Below are positions 31,151 to 49,989 of a DNA stretch of 64,000 bases, in pieces. The stretch comes from the human T2T-CHM13v2.0 reference genome, Homo sapiens. The notes beneath the pieces were generated by a model. That model was not told where the DNA came from. It was given only the letters and a program-made list of their open reading frames with translations, and searched no databases. Each line of letters begins with the position of its first letter. Within the stretch, counting starts at the first letter, position 1. The stretch is from NCBI RefSeq assembly GCF_009914755.1, contig NC_060931.1; one strand, given 5' to 3'. The position numbers and the translations under genes are program-made.

Positions 31151-32115
31151 CTGTGCTGTACTGCTGTCCCCAACTTTAGGTAGTAGTACGTGCACACAGA
31201 AGTGTCTATCACATTTTTCTCCAAAGGTTCATTACATCACTTGGGATGTCTTTAACAAAAACCATATAATACCAGGAGCTTTAACCAGCACCATTGATTG
31301 TTTTGCCACAGCTAACCTTAAAAAAATTACATGGGCTCAGTCAACCTTATTATAAGATTCCTAGTCCTGTATCACAATTTGCCTTAATTACCCTGTCAGA
31401 GGATACCCTAAGAACAGCTGTGAACTCCATGAAATGTTTTGGGAGCATAGCCAGACCCATGCTTATAAAGTACTGAAGACGCAAAAGTTCAGTGGGATCT
31501 CTGGTGAGCATTTTCCAAAATTAACCTAGGCATCAGTCTTCCATGATAATCCCAAATCAGCATTTGCTAAATGGCATGAACTAAACTACTTAGCTCCTAA
31601 AGTCAAACACATGAAGAATGAGAATAATGCAGTCACTCCATCACGCACGCAGGCTGCTCCAGCTGCCCTCTCCGCTCAGCCTCAATCACCATCCTGCCTC
31701 ACACTCCAGCCTCTTTAATCTCAAACAGCTTGTAGTTCCCACACACACCCCAGGATGTTTCACACTTACATGAGGTGGCTCCTGCTGTCCCTTCTGCCTC
31801 TTCCCTCCTGGGTGCACACGGTTATTAGCCTCTGCCTATTTTCACATCCCTCTCTGAATGTATTTCTCACTGGTAACAACCAGGCTAAGCCTAATAATGC
31901 TCCCTCCTCCTATGTTCTGGGGCATCTCACATATACCCTATGACATATTGACAACTTCTCTTTACTTGGAGAGATTTTAACCCACCTTTAGGATCACTAC
32001 CACAGTGAACCACCATTACTGTTGAAAAATAAAAAGACTGTCACCCAGGAAATCAGACAGAACAAAGTGAAAGCCACTGTACTCCATGTCTTTCTTCAGG
32101 ACAAGGGTCTTACTA

Positions 32116-33894
<1,779 letters not shown>

Positions 33895-34651
33895 ATTTTT
33901 TAAACTTCTCAACAAGAAGTCTGATGGCATACACGTAGGTACACTTGAATAAAGTTACTATGAAAAGGATGGCTAAATTATTGCACACCTATGCTGAACA
34001 ATGCATCTGTTGGTTACAAAAGAGAACTATTTGTACCAACATTGAAGATTCTTCAGGATACATTATTTAGTAAAAGCACAAATTATAAACAGTATGATTT
34101 CATTACTATATTCAAAGATGTCTGTGGACACATGCATAGAGCTTCTAGAAAATATATTCAGCAACGAGTGTAAGCAAGCCCTGGGAACTACTAGAGAGAG
34201 TGAGGATTGAAAAACATTTTCCACATTTTATGTATTTTGAATTAATCTGAATGTGCACATATGTAAAAATTATCAACCTGTTTAATATTTATACAATCTG
34301 TTGTATCTATGTTGTATCTGAACAAAAAAGGTAATACATGCTCATTGTAAATTAAAAACACACCACCTGCAGATTATTACTTGAGTCCACATCCCAAAAG
34401 AGAACAAAGATCTTCCATGTTTCTGTTATCACCATCAAATCTATTTACATCCATCCAGCTTCCCCATCTGAATCTCAAGGAGAAAAATACAACGGCTTCC
34501 ATTGGAATGACTACTGGGTGACGTTGTATTCATCCTTTACACACATTGTCCAACAGGATCCTATGAAGCATCATGTCCATTCTAACTTCCCAAGACCTCA
34601 AATTCCTCATCCTCAAGCTACAGCATGCATTTAGTAAGTGGAGCTGGAAAT

Positions 34652-34714
34652 CAAGCCCAGATCTAGACCTCATATCCCACAAAACAAGCCCAGATCTAGA
34701 CCTCATATCCCACA
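34652..34714. repeat. 33-bp tandem duplication within a MIR-like sequence
   Basis: caagcccagatctagacctcatatcccaca at 34652 and 34685. Confidence 0.9.
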
Positions 34715-35968
34715 TCCTCCTGGCTTTTCCCTTCAGTTCATCAAAGACACATGTGGCAAGCAACCAGTCTCCTCACCGAGAGGTTTCAGCATAGTTTCTC
34801 CTTCCTACTCTCCTGTTCCTCAGCAGTATCTCACATTCAAGACATTTTTTTCTGCATGTCAGGGTCATACAAAACTTGCTAACAAGCTGAGACAGACAGA
34901 CACCGTGGACTCCACTCCAGATACCTCTACCTCTTGCAATCTAAGAACATATCCCCAGGAACCACAATCAGCCTCCTGAGACAAAGCCGTGACATCTACC
35001 TCCCCATGCCCTCTGCTCTAACCTCCTATCTCTTTAGGCCCCTCTCCAACTTCTCCGCAAGCCACTTATATTAAGATGAAGCTACTAAAAAACACATTGA
35101 AACAAAAAAAGTCTCATTTTTCTGTCTTAAAACAGGATATCCATGTTTTTATTCTATAATAAGCCCTGGGGCACAGACTACCTGTATACTAGTCTTTTTC
35201 CTAAATAAAGAAGATAAATCAACCCTTCAAAAAAGCCAAACAGGATTTCTGTACTTAGAGAAGGCAAGAAATAGGACATCTCTGCTCTGACTTGCCACTG
35301 CAAACATGATTGGGCTCCTGTGCAAGCTACTTTGAGGATTTGGACAACTTAAATGGGAGGGATGAAGTCAGGCAGAGTTGCAGCAGGTGGCAATGGGTTC
35401 CCATGATTATCTGGAGGGCCTTAGGCAGGTTGCTTCTCCCAGGGTTCTATGGAGAATCCTTTGGTAAAGCATCTACTGTGCTATCTCATTTTTATTAGTT
35501 TTCCTTTCTTATAATATTTAAATACATCCTGGAAGTAGTACTCTATTGATCAAAGGACTTGCATAGACAGCAGAAAAGTCTCGAAAGGAGTTATTCAGAA
35601 CAAGTCCCCTATCTCAAAATCAACTGATCTAACATATCACCCAGTTTTTGATTAATAGTTTTGGTCACTATTGTGACCAAAGACAGGATTCATAATTGGG
35701 GAAACATGCTACTTTACCAAGGACCAGATTTTTTTAAATGTAAAAATGAGGGAATTTAGCTCCTCCCAAAAGATTTCTTCTATTTCTTTTAGCAAAAGTT
35801 TAATGAACAAAATGGAAGGAATACTTAATTTATGCCAGTGCCCTAAAATAACCAGGTAAAGGTATTTTAAACCTGGCTCATGATATCCATAAACGTTTTG
35901 GCCAACAGTTTCAACCTCTGCTTGTCAAATCACGCATTTAGACCACCATTTGGAAGAACTGGACTTGG

Positions 35969-37475
<1,507 letters not shown>

Positions 37476-37549
37476 TTACAGCAGAGCCAGGCCGAGATTT
37501 AACACCACCCTCACTCACTTATTCATCCATCTACATCACTCTCGGTGGT

Positions 37550-38110
37550 ATTCTACACAGCTGATTACACCCTCCTTCTCCACAGGCTTTCTTCATTTAT
37601 CTCCCAGAAACAGTTTGCCCTGCTTGCTTTCTTCTACTTTACTGTCCTTCCTCACCCTCCTTTGCTGGTCTTTCCTTCATCCTACAGCCATAGGCTCAGT
37701 CCCTTGATGATCATGTCCAATTCCATGGTTTCAAATGCCACAAGCTAATGAAGTCTCCAAATGTCACTTCTATGTCCCATCTCCCCCTGAGCTCCAAATT
37801 GATATATCTGCCTACTAACCTTCTTCACTTAAATTTCTAGTAAGTATTAGAAACACCATATCAAAACCAAAGTTCCTATTTTCTACTCAAGAATCTGCTC
37901 CTCTCCCAATATTCTCCATTTTGGTAAATGGCACCATCTTCCACCCAGTTGCTCTGGCCAAAAAATCTTGCAATTCTTCACTTTTCTGATACTCCTCAGC
38001 TAATCCATCAGCAAATCCTGTTGGCTGTTCCTTACAGCTATACAGAGAATAGCCACTACTCATTACCTCCAAAGCTAGTAACATATCATCTCCTGCCGGA
38101 ATATTACAAC
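37550..38110 (+). mobile_element. L2 LINE fragment
   Basis: Pyrimidine-rich L2 motifs (ccatggtttcaaatgccac, gtaaatggcaccatcttccacccagttgctc, aatccatcagcaaatcctgttggct). Confidence 0.7.
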
Positions 38111-38189
38111 TGTACTAAATGCAATTTTCAGGTATTTTCTGTTGCAAGCATTTTGAAACCACTACTCCACCCTTCCTTCAATTTGTGGA

Positions 38190-38660
38190 AGATGACATAC
38201 AAAGATAGCCACCATCAATTCCTCTCTCGGTACATGCATGCCACTCTACCAACTAAAGATGGAGTCTATTTCCATATCTCCCCTGAATCTGAGCTAGCCT
38301 GATGACTTGCCTTAATCAATAGAATGTGACAGAAGTAATGTGCCAATTCTGAGCCCAGCCTTTAAGAAGACTAGCAGCTTCCATTTTCACTTAGGGTAAG
38401 ATCAGTCAACTCTGCCAGGAAAAAAAAACTCCAGCTTCTTCTGAACAATAAGGTATCATTTGGAGAAAGGTTACAAGGACGGCCAGTTACATCAGCAAAG
38501 ATTCCCTGGTCCTTTTAGCCCAGTTTAGTAATGGACCTGAGTGGCACATGTGGATCAGAAACCACCACCTAACAGACACAGAATGAGAAAGAATAAATTG
38601 TTCTGAGCCACTAAGTTTTGGGGTGGTTTGCTTATGCAGCAATAGATAACTGATATACCA
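38190..38660 (+). mobile_element. MLT1-family MaLR LTR
   Basis: The end aataaattgttctgagccactaagttttggggtggtttgcttatgcagcaatagataactgata is typical of MLT1. Confidence 0.75.
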
Positions 38661-38767
38661 TAACCACAATAGAATCAGCTCCCTCAACAACTAATAATAA
38701 TGCAATAATGCCAGACATTCTAAAGACTTAGGCTCCTTTCAGCTTATAGTTCAATAGATTCCTCTAA

Positions 38768-39072
<305 letters not shown>

Positions 39073-40938
39073 CAAGGATATTTCTACAATAACTTTAAAC
39101 TATTTCCTAATCAAGTTATATGGTCTCAGGATAATTCTCTAAAATATCTATAGTTTATGTACTACAAAGTAGTCCCCTTCAGGGCAACAAAATTCACAGA
39201 ATATGTCAATATTTAGAACTGTGTTTATTTACCAATACTGAATACTTGCCAAACAGCAATTTCAGACCATGATACATTACACCCTTAATTTTAATGGAAC
39301 ACTCAAAACCATGTATGCTTGCCATCAGCCTTCAAGCAAAATTCTGGCAATCCAAGCCAATTTGTAACATCAGATTTATGGGGCTGAGATCTTAACTAAG
39401 AATACCAATCCTACCCCTTGGTCATTGCTACCACACTGCCACCTCCTGTCTTATGACTCTGGAAGCTTGAATCAGAGGCAACAGTTGATAAAGGAAACTC
39501 AGCTAAGAATAGCACAGCTAACCATCTCGTCTTTCCGCCTCTCCTTCCTCCCAGACCAAACCAACCACCAGAGTTACTGAATGGATAACTCACACCTTCC
39601 AAAAATTAGTTATTGCTAGAAAAGTTGCTGCCTGGATGCTGCTGCTAAAAACAATTATAATGGAGTCACTTCAAATACATGAAGGTAGTTTGACAGCTTC
39701 ACTTTAATACAAAATCCCAATCCTATAACCACACATTAACTAAACTTGTGTCGCTCATAATAGTTTCAAAGCGTGGCAAAGATCATTTCCCCCTTGCTAA
39801 CTGCATGAAAGAGGTACACAGGCAAAAACAACAGAGCTACAGAAAAAAAATTTAAGTCAAGCTCCTTACAGGAAAAACCCCAGATCTCTGTAATTCCAAA
39901 AGATATTTTTAAGCCTTAGCTGATAACCTATTTATTTTGAGCACAATGGCAAAACCTCAGAACAAAATACTATATACCCCTTGTAGTTTATCATAATGGC
40001 ATCTGGCCTGAAAAGAGAATGTAACTGATCACACAAATCAAAAGGAAAGCCAGAAACAGAAGCCAAGATTCTCGATTTCCACTGGCTCCTGGCACATGTC
40101 ATGTTTCCGTAACATCTTCCTCAGAGTTACTGTGGACAGCCATACAGTAGAAGCCACTTATCAACATGCATCTAATTTTTTTAAACTCTTATTAAAACCA
40201 AAGTAAGAAATCTTTCAAGATCTCTGAATTTGTTTTGAGAAAATATGAAATTAGGAAAAAAAATCTTTTTAGCTACAACCACTTAGGCAATCCCACGCTG
40301 ATCTTAAACTGAGCACTTGAAAGATAACCTAGTTTATAATTATTTAACCAGCCAAGAAAGTTTCCTAACATTCAGAACCTCAAGTCTCTGCATGTGTGAG
40401 AAACTTTCCCGAATCGCAAGATTCACCTAAGCCATACACTGATAAGGAAGGAGTACCACTGCTATTCGTACCTGTGTTTAAACGTTCTACATTAAAAACA
40501 GCTTTTGCTGTCCTAAGACTTTGAAGTCGGAGGCAGCATTGAAGGGTCATGTGCCCTGGCTAATGGGCACGTTGCTGGTCATGACACTAGCCTATTCTAT
40601 CCTTAACACCTATTAAAATGCAACACTAGCTTTTAAATAGCCACTTAAAGTAAGTTACATTTAAAACCCCGATGACTTTTATAAGTTCTATCCAATTTAC
40701 ATTTTAAACACAAGACTAATATGGAAATAAGTTCTTCACTTTCTTTTTTGCATTTTCCCCCACTTTTACTGTGGTAAATACACATAAAATTTACCATCTT
40801 AATCACTTTTAAGAGTACAATTCAATGGTGTTAAATACATTCATAGTGTTGGGCAACTATCACTGTTTTCTTTTTTAAGGAAACAAACAAAAAACAACGT
40901 TTGAGCTTAGGCACCACAGTCTGTTTTAAAAGATCTTA

Positions 40939-41213
<275 letters not shown>

Positions 41214-42436
41214 CTATTATTTTTTTCTCCTTTCTTCAAATGTATTTTTCCTACACATAATCCTAAACAATGCCAACCGCTAAATCATGAGGAAGTTTAA
41301 TAAAAATATGCTTAGGTTCTTCATCACATAGGAGGCAGCAACAACAACAAAAAGGTTAGGTTCTAAAAAACTGAACATATGAAAAATTATTTTCGTAATT
41401 TTAAAAAGTAATGGAAATTGAACTAAAACCACCATCCTCTCAGTTCCCCAGTGTCAGCAATTTTCCTCTTCCCTCTCCCATGCCCAACAGCCCACAACAT
41501 AACAAAAAAGGACATCAGTGCTATTTACATAATCACATAGGGGCACAAACAAGGCCCCACAGGATACCAGCAGCTCTTCCAACCAAACACAGCTACAACA
41601 TTTCCAAGTACCAACTATTTTCCACACCTACCCTTACTTCCAAGGTGGAGGGAAAAAAGTTGAGCCTATACTTCGGAGTCAAAGTCTTCATGTTCTGTAT
41701 CTTTTATATTTAGAATAGAGAGTGCAACACTATCACAGATATCCAATGCAATCTTCTCTTTAGTCCAGCTGCAGGAGACTTCAATGTCTGTAAAGTAACT
41801 GCTATAATCTTCCCCAACTGAGGGGTATCTGAATGCAGAAAAGCCACATTCCTTCCACATTCCCTTGAGACCTCAGTAATTGGGAGCTAAGCTTGGTCTG
41901 AACCAAATTCAACCTTACTACTTCCTGAAAGGGTCCCCCCCCCAAGCTCCACTGGAAGTCAAAGCCAGGCCAGCCTGCCAAGCCTCCAATCACCTCCTGG
42001 GCCTGCTCCCCTGTTTAGTCAGTGCAAGCCCATTCATCCATCTCAGCGTGCATTCTCCAGCACCAGGTTCCTGACATGCCTTGTATATCAAGTACAAAGG
42101 TCACTGCTGCACATGTGGGTGTGCCTGCCTCAGATGCCCACATGATGATGGGATGGAATGAAATGACTGCTAAGCAGAAAGAACTCCACCCTAAAGTCCA
42201 GCAGGCTTGGCAAGGATTGGTTTGTGGCATTCAACTATCAGAGCAACCCCCATCAGTCAGTACAACCTCTTGACCTTCCCTTAGGTGCTGGGCATGTGGT
42301 CACCCTGATGCCTTCTCTGCCCGCTTCCAGAGCCTATGAAAATGGTGGAACAGTCCAGATATAGGAAACTGCATCACAGCTCCAAGGGTCAGTTAAAATA
42401 ACTGTAATATAGATTTCCAGAGGCAGAGAAAAAAGG

Positions 42437-42831
<395 letters not shown>

Positions 42832-44892
42832 TAGTAAGATAGTACTGTATCATTTAAAATCCTGAGCATTTTAATGAACTTGAAAATTCAATTTACATTG
42901 TTAAAAATGAACTTGAAAAATGAACTTGAAAATTTAAATCTACATTGTTAATAAACTGAAGATACATTGATAAATACTTGCTGTCACTGGTGACATCTTA
43001 CCTTATGTGCTTTCCTAAAGAGGAACTCCTGTTTATTATAAAGTAACAAGTAACTAAGTATATATATGCTTTTGGACTAAGCAAAAGCCTTTAAGAATAA
43101 AACAGGCAGTTGTTAACAGGTAATGTTTTTAAATTAATCCCCTACACCTGGGGAGAAATTCCCACCGGTTAGCAAAAGAAAAGCAGCAGGGGAAGGCACA
43201 GTAATCTGTATTTACATGTAGCTCGATGAATTGTAAAAATCCAAAACATTTCATTTTTAAATTTAGAAACTCTCTCAAATGTTAAAATGCCAGTCCTTGA
43301 GGCACAACCATTTGCTTATTTATTCAACATTTTAACAAAATTAAGACATACTGACCAAACATAATAACAATTAGAATTTGTAAAATGGGCTTATGTTTTT
43401 TTCCTAACCAATTCAGGCTATGGCTTTAAGCTTCTTTTTACGGGAATATGACTTCTCCCTCGATTTTCAATTCTTGTTAAACCAAGCTCAATTTATATGA
43501 AAATCATGTGACCCCTACCAAAATTCCCAACTAGAACTAAATCTATCAGGTCACTCAAATCCCTTTCAATTATCTTAATGAAATTTAAGTATGAGAACAA
43601 GAAAAATCCAAACCAACTCATCCTTAAAAACAAGATTTGTGAAAATGCTTTGCCTGGGAAGAGAGCTGAAATCTACACAGGCATACAGATGAGATGTTTT
43701 GTAGCCATCTATTTCTGCACAGCACCAGAGAAATGCATAGCAAACCCTCCTGCTCTCCAGCACACACTCTCTCACCAATATCTAACCAGATACACGCAGC
43801 CCTGATTTAAATTAACTTTCAGCTTATTATTTGGCTCAGGTTGGGAGTTGGGGGGATGGGAGAGGGGCAGGCAGAAACCCTAACCCCACCATGCAAAATC
43901 CAGAAAGGCTTAGAGGCCCACCCCGGTGCGACTGGGAGGGAGCAGTGCCTTTCCAATTGCAGTTAGAGCCGGAATCTATGGTGTGAGTTGGCTGAAGGTT
44001 TTAAAAAACAAAACAAAACAAAAAAATAGAGCCGGAATCCGGCCTGCTCTAGCGAAAGGAAAGGAGTCTCCACTGCTCCATAAGGCTTCATAAGAAAAAG
44101 AAAAAGGGAAAGAGCCATGTCTCCAAAATGCTTCAGAGGCTAAAACAGTCTATAAACATTCTGTAAAGCGACATACTACACACATGATCTCGGAGACGAG
44201 AAATCCCCGTCCTTAAGTAGTACGAATCTTCCTGTCTTCATCTTTTGGTGGTTGTAAGCAAAAATGTACCCAGGAGGAGTGGGGTGGAAAGCGGGGAGAC
44301 AAAGGTGCTGATTGCAGGAACCTGTAGAACTTCGGAGTGACTCAAAGGCACTTCTGGGCCAGAGAGGCCCCAGCGTTTACGCACGCGTTCCAATACCCCT
44401 GGCGAGCTCACAGGGCAGAGGCAAATTCCTCTCCACTCGGCCGCGCCCACGGCCTCCCAACCCCGGACAGAGAAGGAAAGGAGGGACCCCCACGTGTCCG
44501 CAGCTGCTTTCGCCTCTCCTGCTCCTGGAGGGGTGGGGGAATCATCCGCTGCTTCCCAAGCCCTGCAAACCCCCCAAACTGCTTGTTGGGACCCATTTCC
44601 CGTAGGAGCAATTTGACCCGCTCGGACCGAGGACATTCAGCTGTGAGCTTTCGAGAGATTTTGTAACCAATAACCATAATCCCGCGGCAGAGGCCACAGA
44701 AAAGCTTTCAATTCCTGCCCAGCATCATCAACACACACACCCCCGCCATAAACTTAAAAGCAAGGATTAAAGACCGGAACACCACGCCACACGGCAGGGG
44801 GTAAGCACCAGAGGACAAGAAGTTCTCAGCTGAGTCTCTCCACCCAATAACGGAGTGAGAACAGAATCGGGGCAAACAGAAGCAGCAGCTCA

Positions 44893-45174
<282 letters not shown>

Positions 45175-45991
45175 CTACTTGGGTATCAGTCCAGTCTCCA
45201 AGCCTCCCCCACCCACCCCTGGGGGCCACCAACACCACGAGGCCCGCAAGAGGGACGCGGCCCACCCTCTCACCGCCCTGGACACGCTCCACAGGGCAGA
45301 CTCGGGGCAGGGGGCTCCCCTGGCTTTCTTCAGGAGGGGGCGCCCTGGCCCTGCCCTCTGCTTCAGCCCAGACCCGCCGGGAACACTCAGCGGTGGGCTT
45401 GAGGAAGACAGGGAGTGGCGAGAAAGGGTCGGGGACGGCAGGGGAGACCACGAACGGGAGAACTGGCAGAGGCGCAGCTCGGCACAGGCTGAACCAGGCG
45501 CGAAGGACGGCGAGGCGCCCGCACCACGTCTGAATTGATTAAAAGGGAAGCCGAAAGGCACGGGGCTCCCATGGGGACCCCAACGCAGCCTTCCCCCTGG
45601 GCGTCCTGCTCCGCCCGGCACCGTCCCTCGCCCTGGCGGAGCCATACCCGGAGGCCGCAGCCCCGCGCCAGGGCCCGGAGAGCGGCGGGCGGCCGGTGCG
45701 TGGCGGCGACTCCCTTCCAGGCGACCAGCCGCCCCCGCCCACCTGCCCCTATCGCTCGTCGGACCAGGGGAGGTGGAACGGGGAAACCGGGCACACACTC
45801 TCTCCTCCCACAGGGTGGGGAGGAAGCGCGGGGCCGCCTGTGCGAGGCACCAGCCTCGCGGTCTCACTCGGCAGCACGGTCGAGGCCACTTTCCGTTCTC
45901 CACGGCCGGGGGTTTCGGGGCGCAGCACAGACAGCGCCGTAAATAACGACCGAGGAAAGCAGGAAGGAACGAGGCACAGGCGGGCATTCTA

Positions 45992-46900
<909 letters not shown>

Positions 46901-49900
46901 ACTACGTGAGGCAGGCGCCGCCTCCCCATAAAAAACCCAGAAGGGTGACTGGCAGGAGGGAGGGGAGAGGAGGAGGAGGAGGAGGAGGGAGGAAGGCGCA
47001 GGAGGCGGAAAAAATCCGCTCCGAGTGTCCGGCTTTTTGAATGAGCCACGTGTTCAAACTACAAATCAACGTCTCACGTGAGGAATCCCAGAGCCTCAAT
47101 TAGAGTGGGTTTCGGAGAAAAAAGCGAGCGAGAGGAAGAGGGGGAGGGGAAACGAGATTGGGAGAGGGACTCTGAGAAGGGGGAGGAGGAAGAAGGAAAA
47201 TGCTAAAGGAACCGCAGCCGGCACCAAGCGGGGCGCTGACGGTCACAACTCGAGTTTGTAAAGGGTTATCTGGTCTGGGCGGATCCTGGGAGGGAGGGCT
47301 GGAATATTGATTTTTTTTTTTTTAATGAGGAAATGGGCAGAGGTACTAACAGGCAGTTCCTCAGCGCTAGTTACCGTAGTTTTAATCATTCGATTTTTCA
47401 AAATAGGTTATTAACAACAAAACCAGAGTCACAATCCCGAACTCGCCTGGTGGCTTTAATGGCATTAGAAGTGTAACCCCAGCAAAGCCGCAGGCACGTT
47501 TCTAAGGCTGGCATGGACGGAAATGCTGCGAGGAGGGGTGGGGGAGTGGGTGAGGGGGGCAGGGGGTGGGGGCAAGACAGGCGGGCGACGCGCCCCACCC
47601 CGTGCGCCCTTCTCGGGCCCTGGGCACCGCGCGAGTGGGGGCGGCCCGGCCCCGGGGTGGTGGGGGATGGGATCCCGCAGCGTCCTGGGCGGGTGTCTGG
47701 GCGACACCTCCTCCGCCTCCGCCTGCGCTCGCGGTGGCTCTCGGCTTCGCGTTTGCCATTGGTTGCGCGATTCAGAAAAGGCTCCAGGATAAATGAGGCC
47801 GGGGGCGGGCTTGGCCACTGGTGGGGGAGGGGAGTGCAGGGGCGGAGGTTTCTGGCTAGGGGCTGGGGTCGTCGGGGGCCTGGGCCGCTGGAGGAGAGAA
47901 GTCAAAGTGGGAAAAGTCGGTAAAGGGAAACCCTCTCTTCCTGTAGTTTTTAAAGGGGGAGGAGTGGAGTAGGCTGGTACTTTTATTTAAGTAATTTTAG
48001 TTGGAGAACTTGAGACTTAAAACTGGAAGACCGTCGTGCATTACCCCTAGGTGGTATTCGCATTTGAAAAATTGTTCGAGTCTCTTTCTGCCTCTTTTCT
48101 GCCTGGATTTGGCCATGAGAGCCATACATAATTTTCTCTATATGTAATGAGTACAATGGTGGTTGTCGGGGGAGGATTTGGGCCCGGTGGAGCCTTGTGG
48201 GCCAACAAAATGTGAACTGGAGACGAGCAATACGGAAACGAAGGCAGTGCTGGGGTTCTAGTGGAATCTCCAACTGTCGTTTAAAGATTGTGTACTCCAC
48301 TCAAAGGTTTCATTTGCACCAGATACTTGTGTGTTTTTAACAGGTATATTTTTAACAGGTATTCTATTGAAAAGATAGAAAATTCTAATTTTTTAAGTGA
48401 AAGAAATTCTATATAACATGAAAATATAGACAAGAATCTTTAATGACTTGGTACTCTTACTGGTAGAAAAAAGGTATCCTGAATAGAGGAAATATTATGA
48501 TTTACACTGGAAACATCTTCGGTAATTGATACAGCCTTGCTTCTCTGTCAAAACCGTTGTTAGCATTTTAAAATGTGTATTTTTCATTTAAAAGATGAAT
48601 GGTAGACTTAAACATGGGAATTGTTGCATGATATAAAGAGTATTTACATTTTGTCTTTTAAAGGGAACTTACTTTGTAATTTTGTGTTAAGGAACCGGAA
48701 GGTGTCAGATCATCCATTTTAAATGCAACTGTTCTTTCTTACAGGTTTTTCTTTCCTGCCAAGCGAATCCAACATTTTAAACGTAAACACACTTTCACAA
48801 TAATTTCATTCACGTTTAATTTAATAAAATGTTGTTACTTTATAAAATAGGGGGACAGACGTGTTTTTCTGTTACAGTATTTGTAACTGAATTAAGAGCT
48901 CAGCCTTGAAAGAACGTTTTGGTAAAATTTTTCTTTAAGTTTATGGTTAGGTTGAACTTTTTAAAAGCATTTTTTTCTTTTTTTAAAAATAACTTTAGTT
49001 CTAAAGAAGAAATGTATTCTTTCTTTTGGCCTCTGTGGTATGCAAAATGTAAATATCAAAAATTATGGATTTATTTTAAATGTACCTGTTGTAGAACAAA
49101 AGCCATTTGGAGAAATGTTCTACATTCATTCATTTGGTAATATTTGCACTTCTCAATACCACTGTAAATTTTACAACCTGTTGATCATTTAACACTTTTA
49201 GTAATTTTTCATAAAAACAAATTGTGTGTGTTCAGCTTGCTTCCAAAATCAATTCAACTATGGCTTCTGGGTTGACTGTATTTGCTCTTATTAAAACTGA
49301 GACCTAAGGAAATATCTACTTCTAAAGCATGGAATAAATTGTTTATTTTCCATAAATACTAGTCCATGCTTGTCTGGCACTATCAAACAAATCTAACAGC
49401 TGGAATTTAAAACAAGTGTGTGTTTTGATGAAATATGTTCCTGGGACTCCTGTTAACCTAATCTGTGTATTATTGTAACAAACTGGATAGTCCATCTAGG
49501 ACCTTAAAAACATACATGAGTAATACAAGCTCAGACATCAAAGAGAGAGGTGGATACAGTCCACTCCACTTCCAGTCTTCCAAGCATTTAAGGGTTGAGT
49601 CAAAAGATCTTAAGTAGTTGTCTTGCACTAGCACTTCAAGTACAAAGATACCTTTGGTGAATTTTCAAGAATGAATATAAAATCAATTTAAGTTCCAGTT
49701 TTTTTTTTTTAATGACTCTCACACAAATCAACTGGTTATAGGCTACTTCAGCTTCTTCCTGAAGCAGTTGTAGCTCCTAATTAATGTGAACTCCACGAAG
49801 AAAGAACTCCCACCATTTTATGTGCTCTGGGATGCGGCTGAGTCTTTCCAATTGCAGTCTGTTTACTCTTTGGACAGCTGCATCTCCTCCTTATCTGCTG

Positions 49901-49989
49901 AACTGAGGACTGTACAAATGTTTCTTGTGGGTCAGTGTAATATTAAAGAATAGCTATGTTTAGAAGGCCAGTTACCGTTGCTGTACCCA

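Noticed and set aside
42875-42952. Short local duplications (aatgaacttgaaaa x3; also gtgatgttacatctt x2 near 52045)
   Set aside because: Ordinary slippage-type micro-duplications.
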